Assembly: GCF_006345805.1 (NCBI RefSeq)
Contig: NC_043002.1
Span: 15,996,001 to 16,060,000, forward strand
Source: Octopus sinensis
Lineage: Eukaryota
DNA length: 64,000 bases
Reading direction: 5' to 3'
Shown: one piece after another, positions 26,474-39,781 of the stretch
Numbering within the stretch: the stretch's first letter is position 1
Layout of the letters: every line of letters begins with the position of its first letter
The notes under the pieces: model-generated
What the model was told of the DNA's origin: nothing
Seen by the model: the letters and a program-made list of their open reading frames with translations, nothing else
Databases searched by the model: none
Translations under genes and position numbers: made by a program

Positions 26474-26695
26474 CTGTGTGTGTTTGTGTGTTTGTCCCCC
26501 TAGCATTGCTTGACAACCGATGCTGGTGTATTTATGTCCCCGTTACTTAGCGGTTCGGCAAAAGAGACCGATAGAATAAGTACTGGGCTTACAAAGAATA
26601 AGTCCCGGGGTCGAGTTGCTCGATTAAAGGCGGTGCTCCAGCAAGGCCGCAGTCAAATGACTGAAACAAGTAAAAGAGTAAAGAGTAAAAGAGTA
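26255..26695 (+). mobile_element. SINE family B, full length
   Basis: tRNA-like head, ccttgggcaag motif, internal (TA)n(TG)n, 3' hairpin cagtc-aaat-gactg, (GAGTAAAA)n tail. Confidence 0.93.
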
Positions 26696-27011
26696 TATGA
26701 TTTTTACCAATTATAGTATCGATGGTGTATACGATGTCTCGACCTCTATATGCTATCATCCGGACATGCAATGAAGTGATAGAAAACCAAACGTTACACA
26801 AGACGTAAATGAAACGATGGAATGTTAAGAATTTTATCCAGATGCAATTCAGGGAGGCTATAATTATAAGCTTGGAATTTGGGAAATGAGACAAATAAAC
26901 TCTTAATCTATATACACACAGTGCAACAATCCCTATGTACTGCATTATATACAATCATACGCAATTGTAGCTTCGGTGATTACCCCACAATATATTACAT
27001 AATGATTGCAA

Positions 27012-27225
27012 TACTCTTTTACTCTTTTACTTGTTTCAGTCATTTGACTGTGGCCATGCTGGAGCACCGCCTTTAATCGAGCAACTCCACCCCGGGACTT
27101 ATTCCTTGTAAGCCCAGAACTTATTCTATCGGTCTCTTTTGCCGAACCGCTAAGTGACGGGGACATAAACACACCAGCATCGGTTGTCAAGCACTGCTAG
27201 ACACACAGACACACAAACATACACG

Positions 27226-27265
<40 letters not shown>

Positions 27266-27431
27266 CGACGGGCTTCTTTCAGTTTCCGTCTACCAAATCC
27301 ACTCACAATGCTTTGGTCGGGCCGAGGCTATAGTAGAAGACACTTGCCCAAGGTCCCACGCAGTGGGACTGAATCCGGAACCATGTGGTTGGTAAACAAG
27401 CTACTTACCACACAGCCACTCCTGCGCCTGT
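27012..27431 (-). mobile_element. SINE family B, full length, inverted relative to 26255-26695
   Basis: Reverse complement of the preceding copy over its whole length. Confidence 0.93.
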
Positions 27432-27599
27432 ATATCTTAGAAAAATAAGCAGCTAAAATATATACTTATCGATTAACTTCGTACAAGTTATAATATGGTC
27501 GAAGTTTTTTCACAAAGTAGTATCTCAAATTAGGAATTGTTGAGACTAAGGACTACTTTATTCCTTCGTTCGGAACCTCATCAGTCTTGTTCTCGTAAA

Positions 27600-27881
27600 C
27601 AGCACCGTTATCATTATCATCCTCTTCGTTGGTAGCATCATCATCGTCGTCGTCACCATCATCATCAACATCATCATCAGCATCATCGCAAATCATCATC
27701 AGCATCATCACCGTTATCATCATCATCAGCAGCAGCATCATCATCACCATCATCATCCTCATCATCATCAGCAGCAGAATCATCATCACCATAATCATAC
27801 TCATCATCATCATCACCATCATCATCCTCATCATCATCACCATCATCACCATCATCACCCCTTCATCACCATCATCACCAA

Positions 27882-27922
<41 letters not shown>

Positions 27923-27925
27923 CAA
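27600..27925. repeat. Imperfect (CAT)n microsatellite
   Basis: Direct reading. Confidence 0.95.
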
Positions 27926-28759
27926 TACCCATCATCCTCGTCGGCATCTCTTCTTTTTTCTTATTAGGTTTTATTATCTGCCGGCACGTCATCAATGTCT
28001 TCGCGTTCGCAGCCATCGTTGCTATCGCCGCTGGCGCCCCACCCCACCCCCAGCAATCGCCACCCTCAACGCCACCCCTAATGTCACCGATGTAACCTTC
28101 GTCGTTTTTGTCATCGCCGCCGCCGTCCTCCTTCCTTTTCTTTTGCTCCTTCTCATTCTCCCCATCATCATTCCTGCCACAATCTTATTCATCATGACCT
28201 AGTCTATTTCTTTTGCACATATAACCACACACCAACCCGTACGCCTACCCAAATACATATATATGTACACCCTCATATACACACTTGCGAATAACACAAA
28301 CGTCTGTATTATGTTTTACACATCTTCCCCACCCATTTTTGTTTTTCATTCATTTAGAAAGATTTTCGGGAAAATAAAAGAATTCCTTTTCATGAAATCT
28401 TTACACTTCCAGCAGTAAATTAAATCAAATCCAATTCGTTTATTTCTTTGTTAAATAATTCGAAAAAGAACCAACTTTTTTTATGTCTATTTTTGTTGAT
28501 TCGTGTTATTTTTATCTCTCAGTCTTTTTCATACAATGTCAAAGTGTAGTTAGAAGATGGACAAAGAACCATTCATTGAATATATTTAGTTTTCAGAACA
28601 TTCTGAACGTGTTGCGAATCTCTTTGATTGAACAAAATATCAAAAAAAATAAATAAATAAAACTCACTCCCTATCTCGTTTATTCCATCTAATTTTCACC
28701 TGCTAACTATCGCTCTCCTGTTACTCTCCATTTCCAATCGTAATGATTATAAGAATAGT

Positions 28760-28784
28760 TGCAATAATAATAATAACAATAATG

Positions 28785-28815
<31 letters not shown>

Positions 28816-28832
28816 TAATAATAATAATGATG

Positions 28833-28905
<73 letters not shown>

Positions 28906-28948
28906 TAATAATAATAATATTAATAATAATAATAATAATAATAATTCA
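28760..28948. repeat. (AAT)n microsatellite
   Basis: Direct reading. Confidence 0.95.
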
Positions 28949-31900
28949 TTAGTTATCAGTATGCTAGAATAAAGATATTTCGAATGCTTTCATCTCTCCT
29001 ACTTCTCAGTTTCTTCCTTTCGTTTTTTTCTTCTCTGTTTATTCTACCTCTTAATTTCTTTATCTCTGTACCAATTTATTAGTGTATCTATCTGTACAAC
29101 TGTCTATCTGACTCTCACGCTCAGTGAAACTTTATGTGACAATGGATTATTCTCATTATCTAATTATTAGTCACTCCAACGCACACATCCATTCTTACAC
29201 CCATACACATACATGTGCCCTATCCAACATACACACAACACACTGACTGACAGCAACATCGATTATGTTAAAGAATATAACTTCATTAGTCCACAAGAAA
29301 ATCTAATGAATTCGTTATCAGAATTCCGGTCAAGGGTCTCTGATTTAATTTTTGTGCCGTCATTAAAATTCTGCTGAATATATATTTTTTTCAATTTCGT
29401 TTTTATATATTAATTATCAACTTATTTAGTGAAATAACTTCGTATGTGATGAGCAACCAGCTTACTGAGTGCTCTATTATCAATATTTTATTTCCAACTA
29501 CGTTAGTAGAATTCTATGTAAGATTTGATGAATATATTGGCTGAAGTGCTGTTAGAAAAACAGACATTGTAGCGATCCAAGTAGCAATGTTCTTATAAAG
29601 ATATTCATTTACTGACGAATCTTCATTGATTAAACAGATGTATGTTCAAAAAACGATCACCCAAATATATTATAACTGATACACATTGCAGGAAGATTAT
29701 AATTTGAGCGCCAAACTGATATCTTATCAAACTTGTGCAATGATCAGATGGTGACCTCTTGTAAACTCATGGTAACGTTCTTGGTTTCGTTGGTGATGAA
29801 TACACTTGCAAATTCGGCAGACGTACATCAATATTTCATATTACTTAACCTGAACTGAACAATAGATTTCCAGTTATAACAATTCTAAAAGTTTCCAAAG
29901 AGATTAAAATACATTGGTAAACATGACGTGTAAAATTTTAGCAACTATTGCAATGTTCAACGCATCACCGCGAAGGATGTAAACTTTTAAATAAAACATG
30001 GTTAGCTCAGAAGTGACTACACGCGTGTTAAATATGGAGTGGAGACTACAGTATTTAAAACAGAGTCTGGAAAACAGAAACATCCATCCAATTGCTGGAT
30101 CTAATGTTATAGCTTGCAGATGTCTAAGAGTTATCCAATATTTTAGAATTCTTAGCTATGGATAAGCCAAAACTCTTCTTCATACGTCTGTAACTCTGCA
30201 TATCTCGAAGATCATCAGATACAAGCAGCAACAGTGTTTCAACTCCAGACATGAATGGATAGTTCATTGGAGTTCACATTCATATAGTTTTGAAAGAAGA
30301 AATATAGTTGTATTGATGTTGATTCAATGTTGTTTGCTTGTATCAGTCTTTGTTGTTGTTTTACAATAGTTCAAGATTTTGTACCGAAAGTCATAGCGTT
30401 TATTGACAATACCTGACCTATAACTTAGATGGTTTATAAATATATTAATTATATAACTTCCTCGGTCATCTACAGTAATAAACACATTTTACAGCAAGAG
30501 TAATGTATGTCAAAATATTCATATATAACCATTTCACCTACTTGAGGTTATTAGAAGCGTTGCTGATACCAGATACACCGAATAAAAAGGAATCTACATT
30601 AAGCCTGTCATCAACAATAAATTTCTAGTAATTAGTGTCTTCATAAGATAAGATCAGATAACATACTACCTTGAAACAGGAATAAGAGATTTCGTAACAT
30701 TATCTCTTTCCTAACGCCAAATCTTCCTTAAACTTTATGTTCGATGTTTCAAAATGAAATCACTGTAGTCTAAATCAATGTTTTCTATTAAATATTTACA
30801 CAGACAGTTATTCAATATAAGGGACTGTAACCAGATTTACGATAGTAAACTAACTAAATTCCTATACGTAAATGTACACGCAGAAATATATTCATGTGCC
30901 TAGAACCAGTCCGATATTCGGGAAGTGATGAATAGTTAAGTTTAAACAAAGATACCTGAATAATATAATTAGGCTATATTACTTCCTTGAGAAATATAGT
31001 AATGGCAAATGCAAGACATGTACACATATGTTTGGAGTTTGAAAAATACGCATAGGACGCCAACATTTATTGTAACGCTTTTGTAATTCGAAGGCATTAA
31101 AATAATCGGCAAAATAATTACGGCATGCCTAATTGATGCCATACTCAAAATCTATGAGAAATATGTGACCGATCTAAATGTAATATAAGAGATTGATTTT
31201 AAAGTTTGCCGTTTTGAAAAATAAAAACAATTACAGTCCATGAACACACCGGCACTTGAGAATGCAACAATATGTTCCTATTTAAGAAGTTGAATCATAC
31301 ATTCTTTGTTTTTAATCTATATTAATCTACTGAGAGACATGGTTTCACTCCTGAGAATGTACTCTTTGATACCCTTTATATTTCCAAAACATGGTTCCAT
31401 GCAACACTTAAATATTTATCAGAAACAAACTGACTATATTACGACTTTCAGTTTTCAATCATTTTCATAGGAATCTACTCATCACCACATTTAACAGTAA
31501 AGTATTTTCTGACATATGATATTTTCAATGAATTAATATTTCATAAATATATGTTTTCCTTTTAGTAGTCGCTGCTTCCAACGTCTTTAAGATTAATTTT
31601 TAAATCCATCACCTCTTACTGTATTAAAAGCTTCGTATTCCCATATTCTCATAACTTATGGAAAGATTCAACATGAAAATTATTACATGTGATGTGCTCA
31701 GTGTCTTGCAAATTTTTAATAACAAATAAGTACGTGAAGGTTTTGTATGGCCCAGTATTTTCTGAACGGGATCATATTGTCATCTCATGATTGTTTGGCT
31801 TATGATTAGTAAGAGATTATAAAGTAGGATATACAAACAATATCTCAAGCTACCATGTACTAAGAACACTATCATAGTATATCTATTTCATTATATGCTT

Positions 31901-31989
31901 AGTAAGGTAGGTATCGTCGTTGTTGTAATTCTGTAGTAAATAGATATATATATATATATATATATATATCTATATATATATATATATAA

Positions 31990-32030
<41 letters not shown>

Positions 32031-32259
32031 CTATGCTATGATCTGTGTATTACGTGAAGCAAACAGCAAAGCAATATGTAACGTATAGCTTATGTCTTAC
32101 TTTGAATCTAAAATTACGGTAGAGCCGCTTTGACTTTCAACCTTCCATGGCCACTAAAAGAAACTCTAGATTTATACTGAGGCTTGTTTACAACGTGCAT
32201 GTATTGTGTGTGAACTTGTAATAGATCAACGTATGTGTATCACCTTCTTTGTCCTTGTA

Positions 32260-32300
<41 letters not shown>

Positions 32301-33044
32301 AATACACGCACGGACACACACACACACATATGTATATGTAAGCGCCTGTTTGGGGGATGGGGGTGTAATTGCGTTGTCTCTCCTCGTATGTCTTCTTACT
32401 GATTGCATTTAATAGACGCAAACCACAAATAGGCACAAAAATATTTGTATCAGAAACGATAAGAATGTCTGTGGTTTATCAGTTTCGCCACAAAGTTATA
32501 ACTATTATTGTCCTCTACTAACAATTTAGAGAATTTATTTAAGACTGATTGTAAGATAGGAATCAACAATTATATTAGCAATGACAACAACAAAAGTAGC
32601 AGGAACGACATCGACGAAGAATTTCGATGAAATCATGAAAGGAAAATAGCAAAATAAAAGAACAACATAAAAACTACATGTATACAATAACTATAAAAGC
32701 TACATGTATATATGTATGAATGTATGTATGTATGTATCACTAGCAGTCCTCTGACCAAATACATTTCCTGACTAAATAACACACGATTGAATTTCCAATT
32801 ACTTTTGTAGATCGAGGAAGCAAAACTAGAAAGAAAATAAAACATTTGATAAACTCTTTGGTTTGAAGCGTTCACAAGATGAACTTATCAATTTCAATCA
32901 ACGAATCAAACATAAAATAGAAGTAAAAGAAATCACAGTCAAAAGAGAGAAGAATAAAGAAAAGAAAAAAACAGGAATAATAAACGAAATGTAAAGCTAC
33001 ATTAAGAAGTAATAGTAAAATGGTGACATTAGAATTGCATTTCT

Positions 33045-33144
33045 NNNNNNNNNNNNNNNNNNNNNNNNNNNNNNNNNNNNNNNNNNNNNNNNNNNNNNNN
33101 NNNNNNNNNNNNNNNNNNNNNNNNNNNNNNNNNNNNNNNNNNNN
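33045..33144. other. Assembly gap (100 N)
   Basis: Run of 100 N; true size unknown. Confidence 1.
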
Positions 33145-33280
33145 CTACAACCTCGTAAAAAGGTACCAATAGAATAAGTTCTTGGCATAAAACAAATAAG
33201 TTCTTGGGGCCATTTGTTCGACTAAGGGCGATGCTCCAGTATGGCTGGAATGAAAAATGACTGAAATGAGTAAAAGAATT
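33145..33280 (+). mobile_element. SINE family B-like 3' end, degenerate
   Basis: ccaatagaataagt...cgactaagggcgatgctccagtatggc...gactgaaatgagtaaaag. Confidence 0.7.
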
Positions 33281-33310
33281 GAAGAATTAAAGTATAATAT
33301 ATATATATAC

Positions 33311-33343
<33 letters not shown>

Positions 33344-33344
33344 T

Positions 33345-33570
33345 ATCCTTCTGTCCAGCCTTCGCCATGATAGATCGCTAACCAATACACATTCTTTATT
33401 TTCTCTCCTTGTTTCGTTCTGTGTTCCTTTCTGTGGAAGAACGTAGGCTCGAAACGTTAAAGTCTCTTTTCAGTTCCCGAGCGTTATACTAATACATCTA
33501 TTTCTTGTCTACAAGTCCTGTCTTCGTGTCTTTTGGGCTTTTTTTTTTTTTGGTGTATTCTCCCTATATA
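33345..33570 (+). mobile_element. Short PLE-pLTR-like element with hammerhead-like motif (family H2, copy 2)
   Basis: cttt-ctgtgga-a-gaac-gtag-gctc-gaaac-gtt-aaag at 33427-33462; flanks homologous to 38245-38460. Confidence 0.7.
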
Positions 33571-34371
33571 TATATATACATATATATATATTTAACTTAC
33601 GTCAGCACAGCATTTTCAAATGTGGCCACGCTGAGACACCACCCAGAAGGCTTCAGTCGAATAAACCTCTCCGAGTACTTTTTTATGTTAACCTTGGTTG
33701 CTGCTCTACTAATCTCTTTTACCGAACCGCAAGATTACGGATACCAGAATAAACCAACAGCACATGGCCAGCAGCCATAAGGGACAGACGGGTGATTGTT
33801 ATACATATGTATACACTTACACATATACACACTCACACACAATAAAACACAACAAGAACAACAACAACACAGTAAACAACGAGTTACTTCATGAAGTGTC
33901 GACTGAGAAAACCCAGCTGCATCTATAATGCATAACTATTGAACAGCTCTCCACTCATCGTGGTTCTGAATAAAGTATCTCCTACTTTCCATTTTCTCTC
34001 TCTTCTACTTTTAATAAGTTCTAAAATCATTTCAAAAAAAAAAATCCACTGGCGTATAGCTCCAAACTATCTTTGACAGCCTTTAAATGCATACATGGTA
34101 TCTACCCGAACATAATATTATTAACGTATGTGTATGAGTGAATGAGCGATTGAGCGCACATGTATGTGTGCCTCCTTTTAATTTCCACACACAAGGCTAA
34201 TGTTGGCTCACTTCCACAAGTTGCCTTGCATTGAGAGTGAATCCGGACCCAATCTGGTTGGAAGGAAAGCTTTAACCGCCAACCAAGCCTGTTCCTATAA
34301 CCACACCGGCGTCTACAGCCACGCATTCGTCTATATACATACACGTGTGTGTATGTTTGTTTGTGTATACA

Positions 34372-34465
34372 TGTCTTCTACTATAGCCTAGGGCCGACCA
34401 AAACCTTGTGAGTGGATTTGGTAGACGGAATTTGAAAGAAGCCCGTCGTACATATGTATATAAAT
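34372..34465 (+). mobile_element. SINE family B, internal fragment
   Basis: tgtcttctactatagcc...gaagcccgtcg. Confidence 0.85.
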
Positions 34466-34468
34466 ATA

Positions 34469-34878
34469 CAGGAGTGGCTGTGTGGTAAGTAGCTTGTTTA
34501 CCAACCACATGGTTCCGGGTTCAGTCCCACTGCGTGGCACCTTCGGCATGTGTCTTCTACTATAGCCTCGGGCCGACCAAAGCCTTGTGAGTGGATTTGG
34601 TAGACGGAAACTGAAAGAAGCCCGTCGTATATATGTATATATATATATATATATCGTGTGTGTGTTTGTGTGAGTGTGTTTGTCCCCCTAGCATTGCTTG
34701 ACAACCGATGCTGGTGTGTTTATGTCCCCATTACTTAGCGGTTCGGCAAAAAAGACCGATAGAATAGGTACTGGGCTTACAAAAGAATAAGTCCCGGTCG
34801 TGTTGCTCGATTAAAGGCGGTGCTCCAGCATGGCCGCAGTCAAATGCCTGAAACATAAAAGAGTAAGAGTAAAGAGTA
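34469..34878 (+). mobile_element. SINE family B, near full length
   Basis: caggagtggctgtgtggtaag...ggcggtgctccagcatggccgcagtc...gagtaaaag. Confidence 0.92.
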
Positions 34879-34974
34879 AAAGATATATATATATATATAT
34901 ATATGTTATATATATATATATATATATAATATATATACATACATATATATACATATATATATATATGTATTGGT

Positions 34975-35192
34975 GTGTCTATGTTTGTCCCCCACCAACT
35001 TCGCTTCACAACCGATGCTGGTGTGTTTACGTCCCCGTAACATAACGGTTCGGCAAAAAGTCCGATAGAATAAGTACTAGGCTTACAAAGAATACGTCCT
35101 GGGGTCGATTTGCTCGACCAAAAGTCGGTGCTCCAGCATGGCTGCAGTCAAAAGACTGAAACAAGCAAAAGAGTAAAAAGAGAGTAAAGAGT
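34975..35192 (+). mobile_element. SINE family B, 3' half
   Basis: tttgtcccc...accgatgctggtgtgtttacgtcc...ggtgctccagcatggctgcagtc...gagtaaag. Confidence 0.88.
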
Positions 35193-35707
35193 ATAGGTGT
35201 GTATATGTATTTGTGTGTGTCTGTGTATGTGTGTGTGTGTGTGTGTGTACGTGTGTGTGTATAGATCACATTGTTGAGTCAATTTTGAAACGAAAATGAA
35301 CGTCGTTGTATTAGCGTTGCTCCATCGTATACTTCGACTTAGGTAAACAAAGAGCGTCGCAGTATGCACTTCGGAACGTCAACTGGAAAATCTCTGTGAA
35401 GTTAACATAAATATTTCATACACGCTATAGCCTTTAAAATTGGTGACTATGCTTAAACTCCCTGCTTGTGTTTTTCAAATTTTACGTTTTTCCTATTTCG
35501 ATAGCTACAGAAACAACATCTTTAAATGATGCTTTAATGTATTCTGGAAAAAGACATAAAGTGGTATGCGAATGGTATGCATTAGCAATGCACAGAATTC
35601 CTATAGTATGTAGTATTTATGTTCAATTTAGTGTACTGCCTTAAGCGCTTAAGGGAGAAACAAGTATCGTGTAATATATATTCATATGAAAATTAAACAA
35701 CTTTCAA

Positions 35708-35709
35708 GC

Positions 35710-35782
<73 letters not shown>

Positions 35783-35912
35783 GTATGTTGGTGTGGCGCA
35801 CAGTAACAGGCAGCCATATGTATGTGTGTATATGTATGTATAACACACACACCACACACATATATATATATACAAGTATGTAGATACACACACGGCAAAT
35901 GTATATACATGG

Positions 35913-35947
<35 letters not shown>

Positions 35948-36376
35948 ATACATGTATGCATAAAAAATTATATATATATATATATGGAAACGTATATGAG
36001 TATGTGGGGATGTTTGTATGTGTGTGTGTGTGTGTATGTTCGTGTGTGCGAGAAATATTTATGTATATATTCATTTATGATATTAATAACACGAAATGGG
36101 ATATGTAAACTTACAAATGCCAATTTGGGATTTCGTGATTATTATAATTTACAGATACCCTATAGTTAACCTAACGCGTTGTCAACTTCATAATTATATA
36201 TATGCTGTACACTGTGTATTCATGTATTCATACACATAATATTATGTGCAATTACAAACATTCAACCACATACATACACAGAATATGCATTAAATCATTT
36301 TATATATACAACTGTACATTCTGTCAAAAACTCATTCTGCATATATGACTAAGTTTAGAATTTCCACTCTCACACA

Positions 36377-36446
<70 letters not shown>

Positions 36447-36492
36447 TAAAGAAATATACCTCTACATACGTTCTTCTATCTATCTATCTATA

Positions 36493-36547
<55 letters not shown>

Positions 36548-36570
36548 GTATATCTATCTATCTATCTAGC
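35708..36570. repeat. Cluster of (TA)n, (CA)n and (TCTA)n microsatellites with short spacers
   Basis: Direct reading. Confidence 0.85.
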
Positions 36571-37025
36571 TAGCTATTACATAGAATATTGCGATCAATG
36601 GTTATTATATACAGATTTCATTCTTTTATATCGCTATTTCTACATTTGTATCAAATTTTTTTTATGAAATATATCAACAGTATATTTCTCTATTTACTTA
36701 TTGCAATATTTTAATATTCATATGTGTATATAATAAATTTACTATCTGTAATCTATATGAAATATAACGTTGCGCGAATTACAATAATGTTTCTTCTAAT
36801 GCGCTTTCACATGGTTGGAACTTATCAAAACTGCCAACCATATATGTATTATGTACAACTGACTTGTACATAATATGTAGCAGTTAAACTAGTGGCTCAT
36901 TCGCTAGAAACAGAATATTTTAAAAGAATGTGTTTCAATATATATATATAAAAGAATGTAGATAATACAACAAAGTTTGAGACATCTTTTACATAACCGT
37001 TAGTGTTTTGTAATTAATCCGCAGA

Positions 37026-37243
37026 ATATTCTTTCCTACTCTAGACGCGAGGCCTGGAATTTTGGGGGAGAGGATCAGTCGACGAGATTGACACCAGTAA
37101 GCAACTGGTACTTACTTTGTCGATTCCGAAAGGATGAAAGGTAAAGTCGACCTCGGCGGAATATGAACTCACAACGTAACGGCAGACGAAATACCGCCAA
37201 GCATTTCACCCGGCGTTCTAACGTTTCTGCCAACCTGCCACCT
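37026..37243 (-). mobile_element. SINE family A (tail type ii), full length
   Basis: Family A head and body, but the tail is ...ctctcccccaaaattccaggcctcgcgtctagagtaggaaag. Confidence 0.88.
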
Positions 37244-37411
37244 TCGATGGTTAAAATATCACCAACTAAATATCAACGCAAAATATTATATTTATATTAA
37301 TTGTTTATAACTCAGATATTGCTGTTCGTATACGTTCAAATCGACACACTCATGTATAGCACAATATATTACATATTCCATGTATTATGTGTGTATATAG
37401 ATACACTCACG

Positions 37412-37469
<58 letters not shown>

Positions 37470-37483
37470 CCTATATATGCATG

Positions 37484-37514
<31 letters not shown>

Positions 37515-37519
37515 CCATG

Positions 37520-37560
<41 letters not shown>

Positions 37561-37604
37561 CATAATATATTCAATATTATTTAAATATCTCTATATATAT
37601 ATTA

Positions 37605-37823
37605 AAGCGGCGAGCTGGCAGAAACGATACCATGTAGCACGAAATGTTTAGGGTATTTCGTCTGCCGTTACGTTCTGAGTTCCAATTCAGCCGACATCGA
37701 ATTTGCTTTTCATCCTTTCGGGGTGGATTAAATAATTGTCAGTTGCGCACAGGGTTGATGTAATCGACTTAATCCCTTTGTATGCCCTTGTTTGTCTCCG
37801 CTAAGTTTAGCTCCCTCTGTACA

Positions 37824-37830
<7 letters not shown>
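37605..37830 (+). mobile_element. SINE family A (tail type i)
   Basis: aagcggcgagctggcagaaacg...gttctgagttcc...taatcgacttaatccctttg. Confidence 0.85.
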
Positions 37831-37892
<62 letters not shown>

Positions 37893-38244
37893 ATACTAAC
37901 GGACACACATATACGTACACGTATACATACACTCGCTTTGGTATTTGCTACCTTAGAAAACATTGGGTAGTCGACGTTGTATTTTGTATCGCAGTATTTT
38001 GTGCGCAGTATATTTCGTTGTTTTATTTACTTCACATCAACGGTACTCCTTGTCAAACGCTAGCAGCCTAGACCCTTGTTTTCCTTTCTGTGCGAAATGT
38101 GTATTTATCCAAAAGTACAATCTTATCTCTTGTTTATAGTTTTCTACTTGGTTATAATTTCCTTACTATTCTCTTTCTAGAAAATCCTGGGAAATATGTT
38201 TTTATGCTATCTTAACTCCTCTAGCGTGTATGCATATATACATA

Positions 38245-38460
38245 TATAGGGAGAGTTTATGAAAAAAACAAAAGATGAAGACAGGTGGTGTACAAAACAA
38301 ACAGATGTATTAGTATAACGCTCAGGAATAGAAAAAAAACTTTTGGGTTTCGAGCCTACGCTCTTCTACAGAATAGGACACAAGAAAAAAACAAGGAGAG
38401 AAACAAGGAGAGAAAAAAATGTGTGTAGTGGCTAACGATCTATCATGGCGTCATATAAAT
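38245..38460 (-). mobile_element. Short PLE-pLTR-like element with hammerhead-like motif (family H2, copy 3)
   Basis: Minus strand ctgtaga-a-gagc-gtag-gctc-gaaac at 38347-38371; flanks match 33345-33570. Confidence 0.7.
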
Positions 38461-39561
38461 ATATATGTATGTGTATGTTTATGTGTGTGTGTGTGTGTGC
38501 GTATTTGCCTGGGTATATTCCTCAAACCTGTTCACAGTCTATCCAGTACATTAAGAAACGTACAGCGCTTAGATATCCGTCTGGTCAGCTATTTACGCGT
38601 TAATACAGTTATATATATTTGGTGGCCATCATTAACCTCCATCATTACATTGAGCGCAATTATTATCAGTATTGTCCTCCACGAACACAATGGACGTACA
38701 TCTCATCAATGTTTTATTCTTTGTTACATTACTATCTATAGTCGCATTCTACGTGTGTACACAGTCATATACGTACACACTCACAGACGCACACATACAC
38801 ACACACACACATGCACATTCACACTCACACTCGCACACACGTACACAAACGTAGACGCACGTACATTCACGCACGTGCACACCCTGGTGCTGATGTGATT
38901 AACTTTGCAACAAACTTTCTGAATTTATGCTTAAATAAAAAAAATATCATTATTGATGTTTTAGCAAATTCGTTAGTGCAAAGTTTCACGTCATTAACTC
39001 CGAGTCTTTACGCTTTTATTTCGTATTCTGCCATGAGAAACATTCCCTTTACTCTTTTCGAAGTGGATAAAATAAAAGTCCTTTTAAATAATGGCCTTGA
39101 ATAAATTGTCTAAACACTTTCCGCAAAATTTCACGCCTTGTGCCTAATTAAGAGACAGGTTTAACACTTATTGAAGAAAATTTATGGAATCATTAATGGG
39201 CCAGGCATTATGCTCCACTTTTTTCTCCTTGTTCCTTACCTTCGCTGAGCAAAAATCACACCACTGTCAACTGTGGTTTTCATCATTCCAAGTTCGATAC
39301 TAATCTAGTCAAATGCTCGATTTGATCATTCGCAACCTGACTAAGACCTCCTGAAAATTTCTGGCTTTATATAAAAATTAGAAAAATATATTATTAAGGA
39401 CTATTGAATAGAAGAATTATTGCTTGGAAGAAAATGTCTTGGGGTGTTTAGAACTGTGTTTAGATTTGATTTTAAAACTTTCGTATTTGATAAATTAAGT
39501 TTGCAGTTAAGTATTTCAGTAAAGAAAGTTTAAAATAAAGGTTCCTTCTGGAGAGATGCTG

Positions 39562-39781
39562 ACCCATAAGAGCTGGTTTCCTTGTTTTCTTTGCATATGT
39601 ATTCCACACCTGAATGGTACGTTGGCCCGTTGCAGAATTTCTCATACTTTCTAGCTGAGTTGAATTGAATCAACGAGAAATGAAGTTTTTGCTTGAGAAC
39701 ACATCCCGTCGGGCGGCCCAGGAATCAAAACCACAATGTTTGATAATGAGTCCAACAACCGAACCCCTGAGCCAGGCACCT
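39562..39781 (-). mobile_element. tRNA-derived SINE family E, degenerate, 3' tail shared with family D
   Basis: Minus head with ggttttgattcc B-box-like motif; tail resembles family D (gaaaccgggaaacc...catgagcc). Confidence 0.65.

Noticed and set aside
29606-29645. ctgacga-atc...gat-taaac hammerhead-like string
   Set aside because: G12 is missing, stem II is only 3 bp and stem I is absent.
30923-30960. Box C (gtgatga) and box D (ctga)
   Set aside because: The spacing is too short for a C/D snoRNA and there is no terminal stem.
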